From Heterodontus francisci (lineage: Eukaryota): a DNA stretch of 64,000 nucleotides. The position numbers and the translations under genes are program-made. Below the pieces are notes generated by a model. It was not told where the DNA came from and ran no database searches. It worked only from the letters and a program-made list of their open reading frames with translations. Location: assembly GCF_036365525.1 (NCBI RefSeq), contig NC_090375.1, positions 199,011,864 through 199,075,863 on the forward strand. Reading direction: 5' to 3'. Shown here piece after piece: positions 24,091-37,492 of the stretch (position 1 is the stretch's first letter; each line of letters opens with the position of its first letter).

Positions 24091-24527
24091 CAGCATCAGT
24101 TCCAAAATCCAGCTCCGAGCCTCCAGTTTCTCTACTGCAAATGCATCGAATTCTGGAAGAGTTAATTTCATCTGTCGACCCTTTACTAAGTGACTGAATG
24201 CTCAGACACTCTGCCTAGGGTCTCGGCCATCACAGTTCTGCACTCATTGCCACAACTGCTCGACAGCAACTCATCTGGGGAAGGGGGTGAGTAAAGTCTG
24301 CAGGATAAACTGGAGGGAAGATGAACTTTCAAAGCAATGTTATAAGCACCCTTTTCTCTCAGCCCAAAAGGAATATTTGATCAGACCCCAATGTGATATC
24401 ACATGGGTTGAACAGATGGACCCCACTGCTCGACAGTGTTTTGGTGTTACAACAGGACGAAATGATATTCAGAGGGGAATAGGCAATGAGACCTGGGTGT
24501 TCTCTTCCACCAGTCGCTGAAGGTAAA

Positions 24528-24835
24528 GCCCACCGAGTCTGTGCCGACCATCAACCACCCACTTATACTAATCCTACACTAATCCAATATTCCTACCACA
24601 TCCCCACCTTCCCTCAATTTCCCTACCACCTACCTATACTAGGGGCAATTTATAATGGCCAATTTACCTATCAAACTGCAAGTCTTTGGCTGTGGGAGGA
24701 AACTGGAGCACCCGACGAAAACCCACGCGGTCACAGGGAGAACTTGCAAACTCCACACAGACAGTATCCAGAATTGAACCCGGGTCGCTGGAGCTGTGAG
24801 GCTGCGGTGCTAACCACTGCGTCACTGTGCCGCCC
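24528..24835 (-). mobile_element. HE1-type V-SINE, tail truncated
   Basis: High identity to the other HE1 copies. Confidence 0.9.
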
Positions 24836-25335
24836 ATTCTTCACCCAGAGAGTGGTGAGCCTGTGGAATTCGCTACCACAGAAAGCAGTTGAGGCCAAAA
24901 CATTGTATGTTTTCAAGAAGGAGTTAGATATAGCTCTTGGGGCAAAAGGGATCAAAGGATACGGGGCGATAGTGGGAACAGGTTACTGAGTTTGATGATT
25001 AGCCATGATCATAATGAATGGTGGAGCAGGTTCGAAGGGCTGAATGTCCTACTCCTATTTTCTATGTTTCTATGTTTCAGTTTATATCTGGGGTGATATT
25101 CATAAGCACTTCTTCACAAAGAATAGTAGAAATCTGGAACACTCTTCCCCTAAAGTTGTTGACCCTGGGGGCCAATTGAACATTTCAAAATGAAGATTGA
25201 CAGGTTTTTAATAAGGCAAGGGTATTAAAGGTGTGCAGAACAAAGCACTTAAATGGAGTTAAGATTCAGATTAGTCATGATTTAACTGAATGGCAGAACA
25301 GGCTAGAGGGGCTAAATGGCCTCCTCCTGTTGCTT
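24836..25335 (+). mobile_element. Two tandem CR1 3'-end fragments
   Basis: FFTQRVVSLWNSLPQKAVEA; (ttctatgt)n tail near 25060; second end ggctaaatggcctcctcctgtt. Confidence 0.8.
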
Positions 25336-25949
25336 TGTGAACTAGGTCAGCAGTGTACTCTGAATGTTCAGAGGGGAAGTGAAAAAGCAAGTCGTCAAAA
25401 TAAGTGAGGAATGCTAGTGTGAGGATGCCAATCAAGTCTAGTTTTGGTTATAACTTCAGGAGTTGGCTGTGTTGGTTTTCAGGAGGTAATAACACTTCAA
25501 TCAAATGAACCAAAATAACTTTATAATCTCCATTTCTCAGGCATATCAATTGAAAATAAAGGAATGTTCCTGATTATCTGAAGACACTCTGATCTATATA
25601 TTACCACCCCCCTTGCCACATATCTGAACATGTTTAAAAAGTGACTGTGCTTCTGCAAGATTGAGACATCAAGTAACAATTTTAATATACCCACTGAAAT
25701 AGCTCCTCATGTCATACCTCAGCCTGTTGTTTCTCTTAACCAAGTATCAGAAAATTTATATCCAGCTTCCCTCAGTTAATTATTGATAAAGTCATAAATC
25801 GACAGGTTGCATTCTCCAATGGGGGGCAGCAAGGTTTATTTGGATGGACTCTGAATCCCACCACAATTCCTCCAAGTGTTGCTTCAAGGAACACAACAGT
25901 CGTGCCCCAAATGAGTTTAACTGGTACCAAATATAACAGAGGAATTGGC

Positions 25950-27500
25950 AATTTGCTGGTGCTATTGGGAAGGGTTTAAACTAACTTGACAGGGATGTGG
26001 AAACCAGGAGGAAATATCTGTGAGGAATACCAAGGTGCACAGAATATTGGGAGGGAGTGATATAGCACTAGAGTAGGGAATAGTAAGTTATTAGGTGGGG
26101 ACAGAGTAAGGGAGGATGTAACAAAGTCTAAATCAGGATTAATGCGCATGTATGTGAATGCACAGAGTGTGGTTAATAAGATTGGTGAGTTACAGGTGCA
26201 GATTGACATGTGGAATTATGATGCTGTGGCTATAACAGAGATCTGGCTCAAATAAGGGCAGGACTGAGTACTAAATATTCCTGGATACAAGGTGTTCAGG
26301 AAAAATAGGAAAAGAAGAAAAGTGGGAGGAGTGGCAGTATTAAGGAGAGTATTACAATGCTGGAGAAAGAGGGGATTTCCCAGAGGGGTCAAGGACAGAA
26401 TCTATTTGTCTAGAGCTAAGGAACAAAAAAAGGTGCAATTACAACCCCTAGTGGAAAGGATGTAGAGAAACAAATTTGCAAGGAAATTATACAGAAATGC
26501 AAGAACGATAGATTAGTTACATTGGGGAACTTTAATTATCCAAATATAGACTGGGACAGTAGTAGTGTAAAAGGCAGTGTGGGCAAGGGTTCATAGACTG
26601 TGTTCAAGAAAATTTTCTACAGCAGTATGTTTCTACTCCGAGAGGGGAGACACTGCTGGATTTGGTAGGAGAACATTTAGGGGACAGTGATCATTGTATT
26701 GCAAGGTTCAGGTTGGGTATGGAAAAGGACAAAGAACAATCTAGAGTAAGAATAATTAACTGGGGAAAAGCCAACTTCAATGGAGTAAGAATGGATCTGG
26801 ACCAAATAAATTGGAATCAAAGTTTGGCATGAAAAATGGTAACTGAACAATGGGCTACCTTCAAAGAAGAGATAGTTTGGGCATAGTCAAGGTATATTCC
26901 CTTGAAGGGAAATGTAGGTCAAAGAAATCCAGAACTCTCGACGACAAAAGAGATAGAGATTAAAAAGAAGAAAAAGAATGCTTATGACAGATGTCAGGTG
27001 GATAATACAATGGAGAATCAGGCTGAATATAAAGGTTCTGAGGGGAAGTGAAAAAGCAAATAGAGAAGCAAAGAGGGAGTATGAAAAAAGAGACTGGCAG
27101 CTAACATAAAAGGGAATTCCAAAGTCTTCCATAGGCATATAAATCATAAAAAATGTGGTAAAAGGAAGAGTAGGATAATTGGGGACCAAAAAGGGGATTT
27201 ACAGATGGAGGCAGGGGGAATAGCCGAGGTGCTAAGTGAATACTGTGCATCTGTCTTTACTGAGGAAGATGATGCTACCCAGGCCATAGTGAAAGAGGAG
27301 CTAATTAGTACACTAGAAGGATTTAAAATTGATAGGGAGATGGTATTGGATAGGCTGTCTATACTTGAGCTTGATAAAGCACCAGGACCAGATGCGATGC
27401 ATCTGAGGATACTGAGGGGAGAGTGGAAATTGTATAACTGGCCATAATTTTCCAGTCTTCCTTAGACTCAGGGGTGGTGCCAGAGGACTGGAGAATTAGG
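25950..27500 (+). mobile_element. Degenerate CR1 (ORF1 end, APE and RT N-terminus)
   Basis: tatgtgaatgcacagagtgtggttaataag (NAxS..NK), GNFNYPNIDW, SDH, KAPGPD motifs with many stops. Confidence 0.85.
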
Positions 27501-28054
27501 CTGTCCCATTGCTATTTGTGATCTGCAACAGTCCAAAGACCGCTGACTGTGGTTGGGTTTACTCCAGTAGGATCCGTGCTCCAAGAGCTCAAATATATGT
27601 CACCAGGCAAAAGCTAACTTATTGGCACCAATATTTCATTCACATCCTCAGGCAGCTGTTGAGATAATCGGTTGTCCTTTCTGGTGACTGAGCAGCGAAT
27701 GCAGCTGCTCAATAAATACAAAAATTAAGAAAATGAGAACACTCGCAAACCCCAGTTTTCACCTGTGACCATCTTCCTTGATGGGTTCCAGGAAAACAGA
27801 GAATTCTTTGGATCAATGCAAAGTCCAGTTGCCAGTTTGAATTGAGCATACAAAAAACTATCCTTGTTTAGTTATCAATGCATCGTTCAGAAACACAGTT
27901 GGTTAGAGGAATTATGAAGACTGGGGGATGGACATCAAAGCCAACACAATGGAAATGTAAACTCTCCTGTCTGTACCGTGGACTGTGAGCATTTATTTGA
28001 ATCTGGAAAGTTAATGCATCCCAAAACCACAATCCCACACTTATGCTAATTGCA

Positions 28055-28265
28055 TCGTGCAGCTTGGCAACAGGAGCCAATACCGAAAACAACTCCTCCA
28101 AGCGTCACCTGGCAGTTTCATGTGTGGCACTTGTGGCAGAACCTGCCTCTCAAGGATTGGCCTTCACAGCCATCAGCAAAAGGTGAACCAAGAGAAGACA
28201 CCCCACCGAAATGGATTGTTTGCTGCATGTCCATCATCTTTCTAGATGGAAGGATGCCAACCATT
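28055..28265 (+). mobile_element. RTE LINE 3' end
   Basis: GSFMCGTCGRTCLSRIGLHSHQQK; same family as 9585-9995. Confidence 0.7.
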
Positions 28266-29764
28266 CTCGTCATGACGGTACAGATAAGCAAACGGAATAA
28301 TCATAGCTCTACAGTGTATTTCTAGCACCTTTTTTGAAAAAAACCCTGCAAATTCCCAGCATGGATACTCCTTTAACTGACGGCAGCAGAATGACTGAGG
28401 GTGGAGGGGTGGAGGGGTGGGGGGGGGTGGGGCGGGGGGAGGGGAGGGGTAAAGCCTCCATGAGCATCTCAACAATACCTCTCACAGGTTGAATTTTAAA
28501 CTATTACTTCCAAAATACCTCGATGGTACTGAAGTTCTCCTCCACCATTTTCCTTTTCTTCATGACCACCTGTGTGCATAGTAGTTGGAGGGTTCAGGGA
28601 TGGAAGCGGAGGTGGAAAGTGGTGACCTGGAGCTGCTCCCTTCACACACCTGGAGGACACGAACACACCTACTTTTGTGGCAATCTGGGCCCTGCCGGTC
28701 AGCTGCTACTGTTACAACAACCGGCTAAGGGAGCAAATCCGAAAAAGTCTGGAGCGGTGTCCCATTATGCGGTTGGTGTTTCCCTCAAGTTAGCACCTTC
28801 CGACAACTCCTGCAACTGAATAGGCCCCAGACGTATAGGCTTTTGTCTTTCCTCTGGCCACCAGCCTACGAGGTTGGGGGGGGGAGGGGTGCGGGTGGAT
28901 GCAGATGCTCGGCAAGTCTGCACCTCCTAAAACCACACCTAGGCTACACAGCAAAGAAAGAAAGGTAACTGTTTGGCTTGGAAGCTAGAATGTGAGAACT
29001 ATGTGGTTTTCACACTGACAGAGCTCGGGGGAAACCTGCACTGCCTCCCGGAACTGCACCAGCGTCTTGTTCAAGCTGTTAACAAGCAAACCACAAGTGC
29101 AGTGTTGAGATTTCAGTTGCTGATATGAAGCTACATATGTCTTTCCTTGTCAAAGAAACTAATGCAGAGAGGTCACCCTGAAGGATCATTTACCAAATTA
29201 GATAGGATATTTGGGTCTTAGAGGCTAAGGGGGACTCATAGCTTGAAGGGAAAGCATGCAGCCATGGGTCAGAAATCTTTTGAAGATCTGAATCTAGAAT
29301 AAAACTGATGCAGCCATTAATGAGCAGATATGTTAGAATTCTGGGTTTTCCATTGATAACTCTTTTGGTTCACTGGCATTAGTCTGTCCTGTTAGTGGAT
29401 CCCATATGCAAGGATAGGTTTACCAGGTAGAATGGCCATAGTAAGCTTTTCTTACTATAAAATATATTAACACTAATAGCCATTCGGCAATTGCAATACA
29501 AAAGTCAGACCTGGACTATAGTATATATCATAGGTATACAGTAAATCAGTCAAAGAGACGGACCTGGTTATGAATAGGGTTGTTATGGATGGATTGGGAA
29601 GAGATAAGATTTTGAAGACTAAAGAAAACATACAGCATTTATATTGAAAATTGGGAATGTAATGAACAACTCAAGACATTAGTTGACATTTGTAATGAAT
29701 TATACCAGTTACCCTCACCATTAAATAAGCTTACATAACAGCATATACAAATGTTATGACATTT

Positions 29765-29900
29765 GGCAGTGTGGGTAAACCTACACCAGATGGACTGCCG
29801 CAGTTCAAGGTGGCAGCTCACCACTACCTTCACAAGGGCAGTTAGGGACAGGAAACAAACTCTGGCCTTGCCAGAGATGCTCACATCCAGTGAAACAAAA
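29765..29900 (+). mobile_element. 3'-tail fragment of the tRNA-headed LINE family
   Basis: gtgtgggtaaacctacacc..gcagttcaaggtggcagctcaccactaccttc..agggcagttaggga, homologous to 60608-60735. Confidence 0.7.
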
Positions 29901-30347
29901 AACATTGTATCATATTTGTCCTACATTGCTAACCCATGTACAACACACTCGAGTTCCTTGGGGACTTTGAGCTAGTCTTGGTGAGGCTAGTGTAAGTAGT
30001 CAAAATGACATGCTTATGACCTCCTGAAGAGTCCTTAGTGCGTGAATTATAATTGGTACCTATCATATGCAATGCATGTAAGGAGCTGTGTATTAACTCT
30101 TGGATTTGATATAATAAAGAGCATTACGAAGGAGTTTGTGTTTCCTAGTCCTCATATTTATAATGAGCAAAAGGATGCACAACATCATATAATATCTCCA
30201 TGCAAGGGATACATAACAATATCCTACAAAACCCCAATGTTATATCTTACATTCCAGAATTGAGTCACCCTGCTCAATATCTACTTATACAATAATGTAA
30301 TCCCAGGAATGGAACAATGCATCGCAATTGGAACATGAACTGGATAT

Positions 30348-31102
30348 GAGCCGGAATTTTGTGGTGGGCGGACGGGTGCTGGCCTCCGACGTAAAGGTCG
30401 GCGGGGAACCCGCTTCCGCCTCACCTGGGGATCTGTTCCGTATTTTACAGGTCCCCAAGCTTTAATTGTCCTGAGGCGGGACTTCCACCCGCTTGAGGGA
30501 GGAAGTCCCGCCTCATTGAGCCGCTGGCCAATCAGTGGGCTGGCAGCTCGTAGTCCCAGCAGCGCCACCTGGAGTGGTGGTCACTGCTGGGACTGCAGTT
30601 CAACATGCACAGAAGATGCCTGGGAGCTGGGAAAGCAGGTAAGTTTTGGTCGCCTCGCCAGGGGTAATCGGTCGGGCCCTGGTGAGGCAAAGGTGGTCAT
30701 TTGTGGGGAAGGGGGGGGGGGCGTGTTGGGTCTTGGGGGTGGTTGGGGTAATGAGGCGACCCTCCATCGGGCACAGGGTACCCGATCATGAGGGCCACCC
30801 CGGGACGCTCGACAGCTGCCTAGTTTTCCCAGGGTGGCTTTTCCCAGCTCCAGGATGCCCACTTGCCATGCGTAAAATCTGCGTGGAGGCAGGTGAAGGC
30901 CCTTAAGTGGCTGTTAGGGGCCACTTAAGGGTCTTGATTGGCCTGAGATGGGCTGGCCGTTTATCGCCACCCCCCCCCCGTCCTACGAAAAGGGCGGCAG
31001 AGGCGGAAGAGGGTCGGGAAAGCCACCCGGAGCCTCCCGCTCCATTTTAAGCCATCCCCTCGCCACCATCCTGCTTGTTGGGGTGGCATAACATTCCAGC
31101 CC
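30348..31102. mobile_element. GC-rich MITE-like DNA transposon (probably Harbinger-related)
   Basis: Imperfect TIRs gagccggaatttt...aacattccagccc; internal palindrome cccttaagtggc...gccacttaaggg (~30900-30931). Confidence 0.65.
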
Positions 31103-33130
31103 TGGTGTCTTTCACATATGGCATTACACGTGTGGCCACAATCTTTTAGTAGGCACTAAAATAAAAGCAAAATACTGAAGATGCTGGAAATCTGAAATTA
31201 AAACAAAGTGCTGGAAATGCTCAGCTGATCTGGGGGACAGACTCTGCAGCAAAGAGCGAGAGTCCAGACAGCTGCATTGCCTGCCCGTTTCAGGACATCT
31301 GCTCAGGACTGGAGAGGAACTTGTCATGGGAGGGGGAGGATCCAGTGGTCATGGTCCACGTAAGTACCAATGACATAGGACTAGGAAAAAGAATGAGGAG
31401 CTAGGCACTAAATTAAAAAGCAGAACCTCAAAGGTAATAATCTCTGGATTATTACCTGAGCCACATGCAAATTGGCATAGGGTAAATAAGATTAGAGAGA
31501 TGAAGGTGTGGCTCAAAGACTGGTGTGGGAGAAGTGGATTTCAGTTTGTGGGGCACTGGCACCAATACTAGAGAAAGTGGAGGCTGTACTGTTGGGACGG
31601 ACTTCACCAGAACTGTGCTGGGACCAGTGTTCTATTGAGTCATAACTAAGGCAGTAGAGAGGTCTTTAAACTAAATAGAGGGATGAACAAAGCAGCCCAA
31701 ATAGAAATTCATACATAAGACTTGATAGCCATTACAGAGACGTGACTGCAAGGAGACCAAAGCTGGGACCTGAATATCCAAGGGCACATGACAGGAAGGA
31801 AAGGAAGCTGGGAAAAGGTGGTGAGGTAGCTCTGTTAATTAAAGAGGACATTAGTACTGTATTGAGATAACTTTAACTCTAAAGATCAAGATGTAGAATC
31901 ACTTTGGGTAGAACTAAGAAACAGCAAGAGGCAGAAAACATTGTTGGAGTTGTTTATAGGCCAACAAACAACACTAGAAGGCAACATTTCGAAAAATTCT
32001 GTGAGTGCTTGATGGCCTGATATTGCATTACCATTCCACACCAAGGTCACTGTATCCAGATACAATTTGGTCAATACTCTCCTCCTTTTGTCCATGGTAA
32101 TGTAAATCACAGTATAAATCAGGAAATTAGAGGTGCGCGTAACAAGAGTAATTCAGTAATCATGGGGGAGTTCATTCTACATATAGACTGGGTAAACTTT
32201 ATTAGTACTAATGTTGTGGAGGGCGAATTCTTGGAATGTATGCGAGATGGTTTTCTAGAGCAGTGCGTTGAGGAACAAATGACAGAATAGGCTATTTTAG
32301 ATCTAGTTTTGTGCAATGAAAAAGGGCTAATTAATAATCTTGTTGTAAAGGAGCCTTTTAGGAAAGAGTGACCATAATGTGATAGCATTTTACATTAAGT
32401 TTGAAAGTGATGTCGTTCAATCAGAAATTAGGGTCTTAAATCTCAGCAAAAGGAAACTATGATGGTATGAGGGGCAAGTTGGTATGGCAGATTGGGAAAC
32501 TATGTTAAAAGAACTAATATATAGTTTACAACAAAAATACATTCCTTTAATGCTCAAAAGCCCAGCAAAGAAAGTGTTCCAACCATGGCTAACAAAAGAA
32601 ATCAAGGATTTTATTGCAGCAAAAAGAAATGTAGAAAGTTGACAAAAAAGGCAAGCCTGAGGATTGGGTGCATTTCAGAATTCTGCAAAGGAGAAGCAAG
32701 GAAAAGATTAAGAAAGGGAAACTAGAAAATGAGTGTAAACTAGTGAGAAACATAAAAATGGACTGTAAAAGCTTCTATAAGTATGCAACAAGGAAAAGAT
32801 TAGCAAAAACGAATATGAGTCCATTACTAGCAAAAATAAATGTGGGTCCATTACAAGCAGAGTCAGGAGAATTTATAGTGGGGAATAAAGAAATGGCAGA
32901 GAAACTAAACAAATACTTCATATCTGTTTTCATGGTGGAAAATACTAAAAACCTCCCAGAAATAATGGAGAATCAAGGTACTAGTGTATCCAAGGAACTG
33001 CCGGATAACAATACTAGTAAAAAAAAAAGCACTAGAGAAATTAATGGGACTTAAAGTAGATAAATCCCCTGTACCTGATGATCTACATCCCAGAGTGTTG
33101 AAAGAGGTGGCTGTAAAGATAGTAGACTTT
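31103..33130 (+). mobile_element. Degenerate CR1 (SGNH-esterase ORF1 end and ORF2 5' half) with Penelope pLTR and NXT insertions
   Basis: VVMVHVSTNDIG and WDGLH (ORF1); DLIAITET, YRPTN, SDHN, DKSPVPDDLHPRVLKE (ORF2). Confidence 0.85.
31972..32098 (-). pseudogene. NXT2: 127-bp fragment of an NTF2-related export protein (NXT1/NXT2) coding sequence inserted in a CR1
   Basis: [42 protein letters not shown] closely matches vertebrate NXT as I recall it ([32 protein letters not shown]..LPSS); NXT1 versus NXT2 not resolvable. Confidence 0.85.
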
Positions 33131-33149
33131 ACTAGACCTGGTATTGTGC

Positions 33150-35380
33150 AACAAGATTGGATTAGATAATGACCTCATAATTAAGGCACTGCTAGGTAGC
33201 AGCAATCATAATATGACTGATATTTTACATTCAGTTTGAGGGAGAGAAGAGTGGGTCCAAGACTAGTATTTTACACTTAAATAAGGGCAATTCTGAGGGC
33301 ATGAAAGCAGAGCTAGCTAAAGTGAACTGGCAAATCAGGTTAAGGGATAGGTCAATAGAGATGCAGTGGCAGACATTTAAGAGGATATTTCAGAATAGAC
33401 AGAATGGATAAATTTCAATGAGAAAGAAAAATTCCAAGGGTGGGATCTGACATCTGTGGTTAACTAAAACCGTTAAAGATAGTATCAAACTTAAAGAAAA
33501 AGCCTATAATTGTGGAAAGATGGGAAGCAGGTTAGAAGATTGGACAGAATATAGAAAACAGCAAAGAATGTCTAAAAGATTTATAAGGAAGGTAAAATTA
33601 GAGTATGAGAAAAAGCTAGCAAGAAATATAAAAGCAAACAGTAAGAGTGTCTATAGGTATTTAATAAAGAAAAAAGTTAACAAAGTGAGCATTGATCTTA
33701 TAGAAAGTGAGTCTGGGGAATTAATAATGGATAATAAGGAGATGGCAAATGAATTGAACAGATATTTTGCATTGATCTTCACTATTGAGGATACAAGTAA
33801 CATCCCAGTATTAGCTGTAAATCATGAAATGGAAGGGAGGGAGGAACTCAAGAAAATTATAATCATCAGGGAAGTGGTACTGAACAAATTGTTGGAGCTG
33901 CAGGCTGACAAGTCCCTGGGTCCTGATGGTCTTTATCCTAGGGTGTTAAAAAAAATGGCTAGTGAGATAGTTGATGTGTTAGTTTTAATTTTCCAAAATT
34001 TCCTAGATTCGCGGAAGGCTTTGTTAGATTGGAAAATAGTGAATATAACTCCTTTATTCAAAAAGGAAGGGATACAGAAAGCAGGAAACTACAGGCCAGT
34101 TAATTTAACATCTGTCTTACGGAAAATGTTAAAAGGTATTATTAAAGACATTATAGCAGGGCATTTAGAAAAATTCAAGGCAACCAGGCAGAGTCAACAT
34201 GGTTTTGTGAAAGGGAAATCATGTTTGACTAATTTATTGGAGTTCTTTGAGGGAGTTACTTGTGCTGTGGTTGAAGGGGAACCAGTGGATGTGTTGTACT
34301 TAGATTTCCAGAAGGCATTTGATAAGGTGTCACATCAAAGGTTATTGCAGAAAATAAAAGCTCATGGTGTTGGGGATAACATATTGTCATGGATCGAAGA
34401 TTGGTTAGCTATCAGAAAACAGAGATTAGGCATAAATGGGTCATTTTCTGGTTGGCAAGATGCAGTGAGTGGTGTGCCACAGAGATCTGTGCTGGGGCCT
34501 CAACTTTTTACAATATATGTAAATGACTTAGATGAAGGGAGCTAAATATGGTTGCTAAATTTGCTGACGATACAAAGATAGGTTGGAAAGTAACTTGTAA
34601 AGAGCACATAGAGGGGCTACAAAGGGTTATAGATAGGTTAAGTGAGTGGGCAAAGACCTGGAAAATGGAGTAAATGTGGGAAAGTGTGAAATTGTTCACT
34701 TTGGCAGGAAGAATAAAAAAGCTTATTATCTAAATGGTGACAGATTGCAGAGCTCTGAGATGCAGAGGAATCTGGGTGTCCTAGTGCATGAATATCAAAA
34801 GGTTAGTATGCAGGTACAGCCCGTAATTAGGAAAGCTAATAGAATGTTAACGTTTATCGAGAGGGGAATTGAATACAAAAGTAGGGAGGTCATGCTTCAG
34901 CTATACAGGGCATTGGTGAGACCACATCTGGAGTACTGTGTACAGTACTGGTCTCCTTATTTAAGGAAGGATGTAAATGCATTGGAGGCAGTACAAAGAA
35001 GGTTTACTAGACTAATACCTAGAATGGGCAGGCTGTCTTATGAGGAAAGATTGGACAGGCTAGGCTTGTATCTGCTGGAATTTAGAAGAGTAAGAGGCGA
35101 CTTGATTGAAACATATAAGATCCTGAGAGGTCTTGACAGCGTGGATGTGGAAAGGATGTTTCCCCTTGTGGGAGAATCTAGAACTAGGGGTCACTGTTTA
35201 AAAATAAGGGGTCACCCATTTAAGACGGAGATGAGGATAAATCTTTTCTCTCAGAGGGTCATGAGTCTTTGGAATTCTCTTCCTCAAAAGGCAGTGGAAG
35301 CTGCGTCTTTGAATATTTTTAAGGCAGAGGCAGATAGATTCTTGATAACCAAGAGGGTAGAAGGTTATTGGGGGTATGTG
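33150..35380 (+). mobile_element. CR1 ORF2 (RT), 5'-truncated and disrupted
   Basis: ORFs 33520-34545 and 34646-35407: NYRPVNLTS, QHGF, YLDFQKAFDKV, GVPQRSVLGP, FADD. Confidence 0.95.
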
Positions 35381-36149
35381 GTCCAAGTTCACAGACCTGA
35401 AAGTTAACTCCACTTCTCTCTCCATAGATGCTGCCTGACCTGCTGAGTTACCCCAGCACTTGCTGCTTTGCTGCCACATACTTACCCTGCTGTGTCCCAA
35501 TGTCCTGTGAAGTTGAGATCCTCTTCTCCCACTCAAGTGCAACATTCCTTCTTGTAGGCGTGCTGCACCTGGGTGAATAATCTTAAATTTGCACATTCTA
35601 GGACGTGAGACTTAAGTAGACCATAAAAGGTATTACAGAGGTTTACAGAGAACACACTGACACAAATGGGAATGCATGGGTGTCACAGCAATGTAAATAC
35701 ATCTTTCACTAAATGTTCCTCACCAACATGTGTGTCCTTTTCTCTGTGTGAATGATGTGTGCCAGCATGTAGCGCCAATGTCACATCCCTTTGCACCACT
35801 GGTCCTTCAGAAGAGCCAACATATGCAATAACATCATTGCCATGCCACCATTACTCATGAGCGTCTCCACGGATGCAGTGACATAGACATGGGCTCAGTC
35901 AGCTGCTGCCTCTAATGGTTTATACAGGGATACTGCAGATGTGGACTGGTGCACAGCAGGTGAGCGAGGGTGATGTGTGGCTTGCAGAGCTCATGTCAGT
36001 TCCGATGGAGCAGATAGCCTTTGTCTGATAAGCCATTTCCATACATCCCGAGCTCGCTGTTAATCCTGCGTACAGAACCCGGGTGCCATCTGCCCTCCAT
36101 GTGTCTTTCATATTGTAGGTCCTCAGCGTCCTCATAGTCCGAGGAGGAA

Positions 36150-37250
36150 TCCTGTTAACGTCTCTCCTCATCATGTCAGGTCTATTGGGTGTGTAGTTGT
36201 GCAGAGCAGCAAAGAAAGGAGCTGGCCTTTTCAGTTCATAGTACAGGGCATCACCCTATCCATACAGACATTGGAGGTGCTCTTTCAGCATGCCGATCTC
36301 CTGCTCAATGGTGGCTCTTGTAGCTCAATGGCTGGTGTTGTATCTCTCCTCTGCAGCAGTGGTGGGGTCTCTCATCGGTGTCGGGAGCCTTGTCTGCAAA
36401 GGATAACCCTTATCTCCAAGAAGCCATCCCTCCATCTGAGCCAGTTCAGTGAACAGCGGTGGCAGCTGGGACTGGCGCAAGACCCAGGTGTCATGGCAGC
36501 TGCCTGAGAAGCGGTCTCAGATTCGCTGCTCCGGTGTTCACATACCAGCTTCACCTAGATTGAGAGGACTCCTTTAATAGTGACATCTGCAGGTGGTAGC
36601 CTGGCGGGAGGCCTGATGGCCACATGAGTGCAGTCTATGAACATTATAACCTATGGTTCTCCAGCAATGGTGCCAGAACCAATGGCCCTCTGGGCCTGGC
36701 TGTGAGAGTCCGTCCTGAAACGGACGTCCTCACTGGCCCTCCGGTGCAGGGCTTTGGTGAACTCCTTGTTGCAGCGGTGCACTGCTGACTGTGTGATCCC
36801 ACAAAGTGGTGGGCCCCTAAAAGGCTGTAGAGGTGTCAGGCTTGAGAACAGCTGCCACTATGAGGAACAAAGGCATAGGATGTCCACTGGAGCCTATGGG
36901 CTGCAGGTCATCCTTGAAGAGGCCACAGAGTCGTGTCACCACCACCATCTCTATATGTGCAATCTTCTCTGACACTGGTGCTCTGACATCCGATGGTATT
37001 TCATGTGGGGCCTGTAGATGCACGGCAACCATAACGGCGGGCTCCCTTTGGGGGCTGCTGCTTACGACTGGGGACCTCTACGTGGATCGCACTTGCCTGT
37101 TGATATTTTCTCTGGTGCATACAGATCCTCACGTGCAGAGGATCACACAATGGGAATCCATGTGATAAATAAAGTTCAACCATGCATGTATCTGAAGGTT
37201 CCTAACAGGGCATGGATTGGGGTTGACAGGTACATCAGCTGTTTTCCTGG
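36150..37250 (-). mobile_element. PIF/Harbinger transposase pseudogene (HARBI1-like DDE)
   Basis: Minus strand MSEHQCQRRL (~36990), IDCTHVAIRPP (~36640), [13 protein letters not shown] (~36430), CSALHNY (~36210). Confidence 0.85.
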
Positions 37251-37492
37251 ATCAACTATGTGGCGTGCCATGGCATTGCCCATCTTGGCCATCACTCAGA
37301 GTGGCACAGCATGACCACATCTCAAGATCCTACCAGTTGAATCGATTGTCCCCATCATCCATAAAACCTTAATGCTCCTGCCCTTTCTGGCACCCTTCCC
37401 ACAGACAGGGTGCCTAGTGTGCCAGTGCCCCCTCACAAACACAGAGCGTACACTGTTAACGGAGGGATGGTACACGGATGGTACACTTGAAC

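Noticed and set aside
36150-37250. Domesticated HARBI1 host gene
   Set aside because: Multiple stops and frameshifts; a decayed transposon copy.
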